Below are positions 38,301-49,012 of a stretch of DNA of 64,000 nucleotides, one piece after another (the first letter of the stretch is position 1; every line of letters begins with the position of its first letter). The notes beneath the pieces are model-generated. The model had not been told where the DNA came from, made no database searches, and worked only from the letters and a program-made list of their open reading frames with translations. Origin of the DNA: Takakia lepidozioides (taxonomy: Eukaryota; Plantae; Bryophyta); contig CM060733.1 in NCBI GenBank assembly GCA_030704615.1, positions 60,450,001 through 60,514,000 of the forward strand, written 5' to 3'. The translations under genes were made by a program, and so were the position numbers.

Positions 38301-41300
38301 AATACTTAGCAGACCATGAAATTTAGCAGACACTCATACCTTAGCAGACAATCTGGACTTCAGCAGACAAAACAGTTCAGAAGACCTAATTATGGACGTA
38401 TACATCTGCTGAAGTCTTCCACAGATGAGCAGACTACGCGACAACACAAAATAGGTCTGTCAGCTTCACCACATCCAGTTCATACGGGAGCTAGCTGCTA
38501 TAAAACAGCAAACACACATGACCTTGTGCATATCGGAGCTCTAAGATCTCTCAGCAGATCACACACTCAGCAGACCATGGCAATGAGCAGACCACTTCTT
38601 GCTTTAGCAGACTCCAGAGACTGGGGCAAAATAACTAGGAGACCGAACTATGGACGTGCATAGTCTGCTGAAGTTCAGCAGACTAATCGACATTAGTCCC
38701 AAAAAAATGGAGAAAATTGCAGGAATGGTTTGATAACATTCCTCTGTCAAGTATTTTGCCCGCATCGCCATCACGCATGGCTTCATTCACCACTTTTCTT
38801 CGGCTTCTCGAATACTTGATGTTATCCGTCATATCTGCACATATCTGGAAGAAAAAGGGGAAAAACTGCAGATCGCTTGGGTGGGCAGACGGGTGGGAGA
38901 ACGCCAAACCGAAGTAGGTGCAACGTTCCAGGTAGGCTGGACCAGCAACTTGTGGGTGGTCTTTTTCAGGTCATATCCCCTTTTGGAGCCACCCCCACCG
39001 CAACACCCCGGTGTGCGGGGCTCCCACCTATTGGCGCCTCTGCTTCCCTGAGGCGCCTTTGGCACTCAGGTGCTTCAGCCCCCCATACCTATCACTACTG
39101 CCGCTGCCCCCCCATAGGGGGCAGCCCCTCAATGTGTCCCGAACCCCTTGCCCTCAGGCAAAGGGCCCGACACACGTGCTTCCGCGTAGCCTCGCACTAC
39201 AAGGCAACCCCCTCGGTACTGCAGTATAGGATGTGCACACGCGCCAGGGTGCGCACTAGCACGTGAACGCTCAACAGACGGCGCAAGTTTCATTGCCCCT
39301 TGGGTGGGAGTCAGCCCTATTTGGCACTGCGCAAACAACGAGTTACCCATTTACCTCTCCCCCCTTTTGTAAGTTAGCATGCATTCTACAACACTAGCCA
39401 ACCATAAACCATGTCTCATCACACATTCCAACAAATAGGACGCACAACATTTGAAACAATTTCCTTTATAACAAAATTTGTACAATACAAGTTTTTGCAA
39501 TCGATTCATGAGCTAGCTAGCCGGGCTAGCATGCATTTTCCTCCCCCACGCTCCAAGGTTGATGTCCCCATCAACGCTTCTTTCTTCCGCTTTTGAGGTC
39601 ACCCTTCGAAAGTTGCAACCGCTTCGGATGCGTTTCCCATTTCTGAGGCACGCACCCAAGATGCCTCCACATGATGATAGCCCTCCCATTTCACGAGATA
39701 CTTCCGTTTCTTGTTCTTGAACCTCCTCGACTTAAGCACTGCCTCCAACCTCGTACCGGGTTTCAGTTTCATGATCCAACAGCACAGGTGGCGGACGCAA
39801 CACTTGATGCCGATTCGGACGCGCTTCATCTTTGAAGTAAGGCTTCAAAAGGGAGACGTGGATACTGGATGTACCTTGCTGTTGCCGGCAGCTCCAATTC
39901 ATACACAGCCTCATTCATAACCTTCGGATGTGAAAGGGTCCCGCATACGGAGGTACGAACTTCGGACTCACTTCCGGAGGTAGTCGAAAATTCTTGAGTT
40001 CAACCAGAACCTCCATGCCTGCCTCAAACTTAACCTCCCTCCGCTTCCGATTCGCCTGCGTTCTACCGTTTCCTACTTTGGCATGTTACTTTGCGAGCTT
40101 CAACAAACGCTCGCGTTCTTCTAGCACTGCGCTGCTTGCCGTTATTTTTTTTATATTTTTTTTTGCCTTTTTTTGCGTTCCTCAACGTCTTGGGCACCAA
40201 CTTGTCGGCACCAAAGGTGCTTTTACCATAAACCAATACGAAGGGGGGAAACTTCCATTGTGGATATTTTTGTTATTAAAAAAGCAAACTCTGCCGCATC
40301 CAATGCTCCACAGCCAGTCCGATTGGTCTGCCGACACGTAATTCCGCGATCTGCTTCACCACATAGAATTCACCTCTCACCCTTTCCGTTTGGCCGCCGT
40401 TGTAGGTCGGAAGGCGGTGCTCATCTTGAGCCTCGTCCCCATCTTCTTCCAAAGTGCCTTCCAAAATTTACTCGTAACTTTGGATCGCGGTCGAGACATA
40501 TCTTCGGGGGAGTCCATGATGCTTGAAAACGTGGGCGAAGTAAAGTCGCCCCGTCTCCTTTGTCGTTGCCGTCTCCCTTGGTGGGGATGAAATGGCCCAT
40601 TTTACTGAACCTATCCACCACCACCATGATTGCATCGAATCCTTTGACAGCAGCATAGCAGTCATCAAATCCATCGAGACACTTTCCCCAGACCCCTCTG
40701 GAATCGGCAAGGGTTTTAACAGCCCCCGCTTGCTTTTTTGTACTCTCTGCTTTGGTTTTGTTGCATGTGGTGCATGTCTTGACATACTCCTCACCTCCTC
40801 CCTCAGTTTGGGGCCAGAAACTCTTTCTTCAAGAGTGTCGCGGTGCGCTTGGCTCCGCCCTGGCCCGCAAACGATCATGGCATTCTCTTAAGAGACTATC
40901 TTTGATCCCTCCCTTCGGCACGTAGAGACGCTTTTGCTGTACCGGAGCAGTCCATTTTGCAAGTGGAACTGCGATTTAACCCCTCCTCAAGTCCCGCATC
41001 ACGGACTTCGCCATCTCATCCTCCGGTAAGCCTTCCGGATCTTCCTTGGAGTGCCGTCTCGCCCTGTACACCATCATGACTGTTGCTTTCTACTTAAAGC
41101 ATCGGCCACCACATTGTCTCGTCCCAGTTTGTACTGGATATCCACGTCGAATAGTGCCAAAGTGTCTTGCCACCTAATTTGTTTTGGGGACAACTTAGGC
41201 TTCGTGGCAAAATACTTCACCGTGACATTGTCCATGAACACCTTCACCGGGCTGGAACCAATATAATGGCGCAAAGCTCAAGCAATGCACCACCGCCTCA

Positions 41301-44300
41301 TTTTTTTTCTCGTGCGTGGGCCACCGTCGCTCCACTTCATTCAGTTTCTTACTTTCCTAAGCCACTGACCGTCCATCTTGCTGAGTACACCCAATGCGAA
41401 GTCCGACGCACTGTATGGATCTCAAATGGACGGTCGAACTCCGGAATTTTGAAGGACTGGAGCTTCTACCATCCGCTGCTTCAACTCGGCAAAAGCTTGG
41501 CCACAAAAGGTGTTCCATACCCAGACTTTGGGATTTACACAGGAGGTCTGACCAGCGGCCCCCCGCGATCTTGGCGAAATTTCTCACATACTTTCCGGTA
41601 ATAGGAGGCGAGTCCTAGAATGATCGCACTCCCGAGACCGAAGTAGGCCCCAGTCCAAAATCGCCTCACCCTTTCTGTCATCCATTTTGATCCCATCCTG
41701 TGTAATCACATGTCCCAAGAGCTCCACTTTTGTGACCCCGAATTCGCACTTTGAAACTTTGGCATACAGCTTCCCTTCCCTGCCCGCAATTTTTGGAACA
41801 CCCTTTTTAGGTGCTCCAGGTGCTCTTCCTTTGTTTTCGAGTAACCCCAATGTAGTCGATGTACACGATCACCAAAATCATCCAACCACTCCTGGAAAAG
41901 GCTGTTCATTAGCGTGCTAAAGGTCGTGGGTGTGTTTGGTGAGCCCAAAAGGCATCACCAAAACTCATATGAACCATACCTTGTCCTACACGCGGTCTTT
42001 CTCCTCGTCCTCCCTTCCGCCACTCGAATTGATGGTAAGCCGAGCGCAAATTGATCCAGCTGAAATACTTCGCTCATGCCAACCGATCAAAGAGGTCGTC
42101 GATCCTTGGCAAAAGGTACCCGGTTTTTATAGTCACCTTATTTAGAGCCCTGTAATCGACACACATCCGCAGCGTCCCATCCTTCTTGTCTGTGAATAGC
42201 ACCGGGGCTCCGTAAGGTGACTTACACGGCCGGATGTACCCCTTTGACATTAGATCCTTGAGCTGAGTCTTCAGCTCGACCAACTCTCCTGTGGCTCAAC
42301 GGTAGGGCGCCTTGGCAGGCGGCTCCGAGCCCGTATCACCCTCAATCTTGTGGTCAACTCTCTTCACGTGGCAAGCCGCTGTAAATCCTCGGCATCACAT
42401 CCTGGTATTTTCTCCAAAATCCCTTGACCAATCTGGGCTCGGCTCCCCATCGCCTCTTCTCCCTTCACTTGTCTTACATAAAGCAAAAACTGGGGCTCAT
42501 GTGACTCTCCACGGCCCACTCCCTTGCTGACAGAAGGTTTATTCGCCCTCCCACGAGATTGGGCATTTCCGACACTCGTAAAACTTTGCCACCATTCCTA
42601 CACGGTAGCGTGACTACTCTCTTGCGGCCATCTATGATCGCTCCGGATTTGCTCAAAAAGGTCATCCCCAAAATGAGATCCACTCCATCGATCTCGCAAA
42701 TGGTGAAGTTCTCACATCCCTCCCAACTCCCGAGCTGAAGAGGAACATCGAACGCCAACCTCATCGCCAATTGTGGTTCTCATTTAGCAGAACGCACCTC
42801 AAAGAGGCCCCCACATCACTTGTCGGGAGTCCCAGCTTTCGTGCCGTTGCCGGTGTCATGAATGAGTGCGACGCTCCTGTGTCCACCAACAACAACACGT
42901 TAGTTCCGGAGATTATCCCACTCACAAACATTAACTGACTCCCTTTACGCAAGGTGCCAGTTTCCTGATACAACTCACAAGAGTAGTTTGCTACCTTACA
43001 AGTCTTGGCGACCACGCCTCCACCAAGCGGCTGATGGAAGTTTCGGACAACTCTGTGGTTGCCCGAGTCATATTCAATAGTCGGGGATTCGTACACTTCT
43101 TGGCCATGTGCCCGGACTCCCCATAATTGAAGCACAATCCATCGAAGGTCGCCTTTTGTCCGCCATAAGGCGTCGCACCTGATTTTCCTTTCGGAGCACC
43201 GGGTGTCGTCTTGGCGTGTGAAGGCCGTTCTTCGATTCCCAAGTGCCATTGTCGCCGCGTGGCCTATCCCACTTCTTTTCCGGTCGAAAAGATTCACCCT
43301 CCCGCCGGGTCTTCTTGTGGTTCAGCTCCGTACGGCCTTGTCTTTCGCCCCTAGGGACATCCGAGAAACATTCAGCCCTCTCAATTGCTCGTTCAAAGTC
43401 TTAGGTGGCTTCTCCTCCAACTTCCGTCTGGCCCATGGGGCAGTCCTGCCACAAAGTTGAAGACCATTTCTGGTTCTGCCATGTCCGCAGCTTCGAGCAA
43501 CAGCACATTGAAAGCCTGAACATATCCCCGAATGTCATCCGTTTGCTTCAGATTCCTGATCTTGTCCCGGGCGAGCTAGGATGCGTTGAGGGGCACAAAC
43601 TGTCTCTTCATCAGTTCCTTGAACCCACTCTCGTTCAAGGTTTCCGGGTTTGGACCTCGGTCGTGAAGGCGTTTCTGCCACCATTGTTGAGCATAGCCCC
43701 TCAAATTGGTGGGAGCCACTTCCACCCGATCCTCGTCACTCAACTTGGCCGCCCGGAAGTACTGCTCTAGCTCCAAGAGCCAGGTGTTGAGTGCTTTCCG
43801 ATTTCGGACGCCCTCGAAGGTGTCGGGTTCCTTAGGCTTCACCTTAAATTTGGCCTTAGTGGAAGTGACATTAGCCGCCTTCAACATCCCGCCAAACTGC
43901 GCCAACAACCCTTCCCAAAAGGCTGCTGGCATGGAAGGCATCTGTTGGTCTGTCGGAGCTCTCAGAGATTCCTCGGGCTCCGACTCCTCAGATTCCTCCT
44001 GTTCTTGAGTGGCCTCATTTTCAAAAGCATGCATCACTTCCTCAAATGGCCGCTTCGGTGGCACGTTGCCCCCATCGGGCTCACCAGGATCATCATCTTT
44101 CGGGCCATTCCGCTTTCGCTTTGGCTTGCCCGACCCTATGATGAGGCCGATCCCAAGGATGATCGCATACTGAACTCTAAGCTCTGATACCAAGTGTCAC
44201 GCACCTCACTTCGGTAAGCTCCCCTTCAAGTCATAGTTACTCGCTTTGATGTGCGCGCCTAACTCCCAACCTGGCCGTCGGGCCAACTCGGAGCTTCGGC

Positions 44301-44911
44301 TCCTCACCGGGACATAACGGTCCCCCTTTCTTCCCCTAACAGACCCTCCACCAATTTGGGCCTAGTGGAAATTCCCTTTGGTAGATGGCATTCCGAAATA
44401 GCTCCCCACACTTTGGTAGCTTTCCGGCTCGCTCGATTATTCACTAGTTTTTGGTCACTAACGGGCTTGCACCGTTCTCGGGGTTACTACTCCTTATATA
44501 TACTTCTATGATTGTCCGCGGGGGTTTCACAAACAACCATGCCATTTTATGGCGAACCACCACGAAGACCCTTGATTCCCGGTGATGAGTCGCGGTGGGT
44601 CTTGGCCCACCCACCACGGCCTCATTGGACCGTGGTGAGTCCCAAGACTCCCCACGACCAGGTCTCCGCCCCATGGTGAGTCTTATGCCACCCCCACTAA
44701 GTCCCACTAAGCTACCACCACCCCTTGTGGAGCCACCCCCACCGCAACCCGGTATGCGGGGCTCCACCTAGTGAGCGCCTCCGCCTCCTTGAGTGCCTTG
44801 GGCACTCAAGGGTGCTTCAGCCCCCCCATACCTATTGCTGCCACCGCCCCCACCACAAGGGCAGCCCCTCTGCGTCCCGACCCCTTGCCCTCAAGACAAA
44901 GGGCCGCGACA
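35400..44911 (-). mobile_element. Ty3/gypsy chromovirus LTR retrotransposon B1, decayed and rearranged (span includes ~2.3 kb of inverted MULE DNA, 36629-38971)
   Basis: 5' LTR 44911-44195 (minus) is followed by a tRNA-iMet PBS, TGGTATCAGAG. Then come gag (EPDTFEG), a zinc knuckle (CFNYGESGHMAKKC), protease (LVDTGASH), RT, RNase H, integrase and a chromodomain (YLVKWEGY..ASWV). The 3' LTR 35901-36623 is now on plus, preceded by a purine-rich tract. TSD GCGAG matches at both ends. Confidence 0.9.
38972..39172 (-). mobile_element. 5' part of solo LTR B2
   Basis: Starts TGTCGGGCCCTTTGCC on minus, preceded by ACGTG (plus-strand CACGT, 39173-39177), the same 5-mer that follows 35399. Confidence 0.85.
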
Positions 44912-45272
44912 CTCGCAAACAGACTGAACAGAAGACTCAGGATGACACTAAAAATGACACTCCCATTGCGAACCAGCATTGCCAGAAGACCTAGAAGACC
45001 TCACAGCAGACCTCAGTGGAGTCTGCTGAACAATACCCTCCACAAACTGTCCTCCACGACTTGCCCACAATATTTGTTACTAACGGGACAGTGGCACATT
45101 CAACGGCCTGACCAATAGTGGATGTCTGAGCATTTGACCTAATTGATACAGACATCATCTGCCCAACCCATCTTTTTAATGTCGGCCAACCCTTTGTCAA
45201 CGGTGCCAGAATCGACTTTCCCCCGCCGGATAAGTTCACCCACACACTTTGGCCCACACAATGTAACTATAT

Positions 45273-46250
45273 ATGACCTCGGTAAATCCTCAGTATCCAT
45301 CATCCCGTATGACTTTTGAGCTTAGCCCTGTCTTTGTTCATTCACTGGCGAGAGTCATCGATGAATTTGAAGTGAGCGAACCGACCTGTAGATTAGTAAA
45401 CCGCATCATAGACATTACAGCAGAATCCGATGAGGGAATGCAAGCCAACCCGGCCCTACATATCTCTGATTGCATCCTTCCCACCGCTTTCAACCCCAAG
45501 TCTGTTCTGTCAGCAGACCCTCAAAACTTACTTGATGGTGAAATTGATAGTCTGTTGGTGCGCCTACAAGACCAGAACCACCGTATGGCAGAGCAGGACA
45601 GGCAGCAGACTGACAAAACTGCCAATGGGAGTGCACAGACGACCAGAGAGGAGACTACCCTTGACACTATAGAGTACACTGCCCAGGAAACTAACCGGGA
45701 TAAAAGGCAGGAGACTATCCAGCAGACTGCACGGGGAGTTGTCCAGCAGACTAGGCAGGAGACTGTCGTGGGTGCAGATGCCATTGTTTCGGAGTCTGCC
45801 AACGACATTGCCCCGGAGACTGCAAATGACTCCCGCGCCCAACAGAGTATCCGCAAGACTGCCCATGAGTCTGCTCATGCGTCTGAGAATCCCTTCCACC
45901 AGACTCCACAATACTCTGCCCAAAAGACTACACACAGGTCTGCTCAGACGAGTTTACAAGACTCTGGTCAGCAGACAACACAAGACTCCACCGAGGTGAT
46001 TGCCCAGCTGAGAGAGTCTGCCCGGAAGACTGCAGCAGACTCTGCCCACCAGACTGCACATGAGTCTGCCCAGGTGACTGCAGCAGCAGACCCTGCCCAC
46101 CAAACTGCGCATGAGTCTGCCCAGGTAACAGCAGTAGCAGACCCGTCCCACCAGACTGCGCATGAGTCTGCCCAGGTGACAGCAGAAGCAGGCCCTGCCC
46201 ACTGGATTGCGCATGAGTCTGTCTGGGTGATTTCAGCAGACCCTCTCTAG
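45273..46250 (+). CDS. Low-complexity Q/T/A/E/S-rich segment of the MULE accessory region with ~17-aa repeats (ADPAHQTAHESAQVTAA)
   Basis: 325-aa ORF built largely from CAGACT-type DNA repeats. It lies between the zinc-finger-like and Ulp1 parts on the same strand. Confidence 0.45.
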   Translation: MTSVNPQYPSSRMTFELSPVFVHSLARVIDEFEVSEPTCRLVNRIIDITAESDEGMQANPALHISDCILPTAFNPKSVLSADPQNLLDGEIDSLLVRLQDQNHRMAEQDRQQTDKTANGSAQTTREETTLDTIEYTAQETNRDKRQETIQQTARGVVQQTRQETVVGADAIVSESANDIAPETANDSRAQQSIRKTAHESAHASENPFHQTPQYSAQKTTHRSAQTSLQDSGQQTTQDSTEVIAQLRESARKTAADSAHQTAHESAQVTAAADPAHQTAHESAQVTAVADPSHQTAHESAQVTAEAGPAHWIAHESVWVISADPL

Positions 46251-47270
46251 CAGACTGAACAGATGACTGCACTTGAGTTTTCCAAGGAGACTTCTTCAAA
46301 GTATGTCCAGCAGACTATTGGGGAGATTGCAGTTGACCCATCCAAGGCGGCTACTCAATAGTTGTTCCAGCAGACAGCTATACAGCCCGCGTAGGAGAGT
46401 TTCAATGAGGCGACAGTTGAGGACATCCGCAAGCAGACTTTGCCTTCGCCGTCTCCGTCTGCTCCTACTCCTGCTAATGTTGGGTCAACAACAAAGACAG
46501 GCGGTCTGCTCACACCGCCCAATTCTCGTGTTAGTTCAACGCATGCCATTCGTGAGGCTGTGAGGACTGGACCGGCAAGTGTCAACAAACCAACTGACAC
46601 TCTTCTGCTGTGCAGCAGAGCTGCAATATTGCGGCAGTCTAAGGCATTGTGGTAGAGAGCACCTCCGTCCGAGCAGAAAGAGGAAAAGCCCAAAAATGTC
46701 CGGTCATTGAGGCGGTCAAGGAAACTGGAGTGGGTCATGCTCAAAAGAGACCAGCCAGGAAAGGCAAGTCAGATGTGTTTATGAACAAGGACCGCCGATT
46801 GTGTTTGGACATGGACAAGGAGGTGGCAAAGTTACTTGCGTCAAAGAAGTAAGTCATATGTGTCTGCTGTTTGGTCGTGTTCTTTTAAAGTTGCCTTTGC
46901 AGGTATGTATCTTCTGGCAGTCTACTGGCTTCTTGTCTGCAGTCTTGTAAGGCCTGTACTCGGTCTGTTGTGACTGTGCCCCACAGTTGTATTTGTCGAC
47001 TTTGTCGAATGTCAGGTCTGTTGTTCGGTCTGCTGTGACAATGCAGTCCACTGTCCGAATGCCCACTATCCACTATCCGAATGTCCGAATGTCCACTGTC
47101 CGATTGTCGGGTCCGTTGGTCGGTCTGCTAAGAGTCTCTCTTGACTTCGGTTTCTGGACTTTCTGGTAATTCAGGTCCCCTCATCGGTCTGCTAAGACTG
47201 TGCAGTATACTAATGTTTTTGGACATTATGGAATGAGTGGTGTCTTGGTGGGGTCTGACTATATGTGCAG

Positions 47271-48308
47271 GATTGAAAGTCATTTCCGGCGATTGATGTC
47301 CATACATGTAGCCGCTGGGAATAGCATGGTGTATTTTTTCGAAGGAGACTCGCGGTTCCGATGTGGCATTGCGCCGGAAGACATGAAAACACTGAACGTG
47401 GTTGAGTAGGAGTGCTCGGACAAACTTTTGGATGTCTGGTGTTGTTTTTTCGAGAACACCCTAGACTCGAGGACGTATGGCACTGTCGCTCTTTTGCCAA
47501 CGTCGACGTGGTCTGTTTTCCAGACTTTCGACATAGCCCCACGTGAAACTTTGGTGGCAAACCTTGATGGTGCCTTGACTCCTGCACTTGGCAAAGACAT
47601 TAAAGACTGCACTCATATATTGGTGCCGGTCTTGCAAGGGTAAGACCCGACGGACTTGTTGCACATTTGGCTGTGTGCTGAATATTGGGTCTTTAGTGTG
47701 TGTTCGACGTCATGGTCTGTTGGACTCCTGCACTCTTGGACTATTGGTCTGCTGGACTGCTAGTCCGTTGCATCTGTTGGAGTGCTTTGTCTGTTGGGCA
47801 GTTGGCCATTTGGACAGCCGAGTATGTTGGTCTGTTGGTCTGCAGAATCTGTTGGGTTTGGGACTAATGAAATTGTCGGGCATGTTCATTTTTATATTGA
47901 GGGTGCCACTGGAGCGTCATTATCATCGACCTAAGGAAAGGCGCCTACACCCACTTGAACTCCCAGAGGGAACTGCATACTTGCATACAGCTCCTTGGTT
48001 GGATTCGGAAGGTGCATGCAGGGTGCTTTGGATATGTTGTTGGGACTCCACAATGGGATGAAGTAATGGCATTTTAGTTCAACTCTCCCGAAGTGCCCCA
48101 TCAACCTTTCAGTTGGGAGTGTGGGTTTTACGTGATGTTCATTAAAGGGTATTACGACTGGCTGAAAGGCGATAGGCAGAAAACCAAAAAGAGAGGACAA
48201 GCCTTCACACCAAGGTGGTTTAATTTCAGGTTTCCGTTACTACAGCCATTGCAGTGTGTAAAGTGTATCCGCCGTGGTTTGGACGATGCAGAAAAACTGC
48301 TCCCTTGA
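47271..48308 (+). pseudogene. Ulp1/SENP-like (peptidase C48) domain of the MULE, with premature stops
   Basis: EDMKTLNVVE*ECSDKLLDVW..THILVPV, then CHWSVIIIDLRK..HLNS..VPHQPFSWECGFYVM in one frame (47904-48308). This is the His/Asp/Gln/Cys arrangement of C48 proteases. Confidence 0.8.
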
Positions 48309-49012
48309 GGAAATAAATATATATACATTCAATGTTGTTTCAATTCACATTCTGAATGTATGTAATATTTTCTGAGATGAAGGCCTACATGCACTCATAC
48401 TGTTCCCACCTATGCAAGTTCGTCAAAAGAAGTCGTACAATGGCCGAACAATACAGTCCAATAGACAACCACCCCACGTCCTCACTTGAGCAGACTACTT
48501 GGTTCTACTATTAACTACTGTTAGCAGACTACAGTAGTCTCTGTCTGTTTGACCAGTCTGCCGCGCAGTCTGCTGGCCGCTCATCAGTCTGCTCGGCAAA
48601 GTGGGTGGCACTTTGATGCATAGTGTATATGTGTGCAATTGGGCTCCGTGTCTGGGCGAGTACGCTCCGTGGGAGCAGTTTGGTGGACAGTGCAGAAGAC
48701 CACACAGTCTGTCCATACTGTATGTCTGCTGGACCACCCAGTCTGTTAGCCGAAAACCATTAGCAGACTTGGCAGTGTTATTCTGTACTTGTGTAGTCTG
48801 CTTAGTAGTCTGTTTGGCCATTTCCGCGGTTTGTTGAGCAGAATGCCTAGTCTTCCGCAACTGGACGGTGGGGCGCCCTGAGCTCTGATGGAATGCACTT
48901 CCAGGTTGTTAATGATGCAAACATGTATGCACTCTCAAGCAGATTGTGGACCTTTTATTTCTCTGCATGGAATATGATGGCATAACATTGTTTTGATGTG
49001 TGAGTATGTTGT

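Noticed and set aside
39351-39368. Polypurine tract suggesting a 3' LTR boundary at ~39350
   Set aside because: No LTR follows it. The real B1 3' LTR (35901-36623) has its own purine tract and the matching GCGAG TSD.
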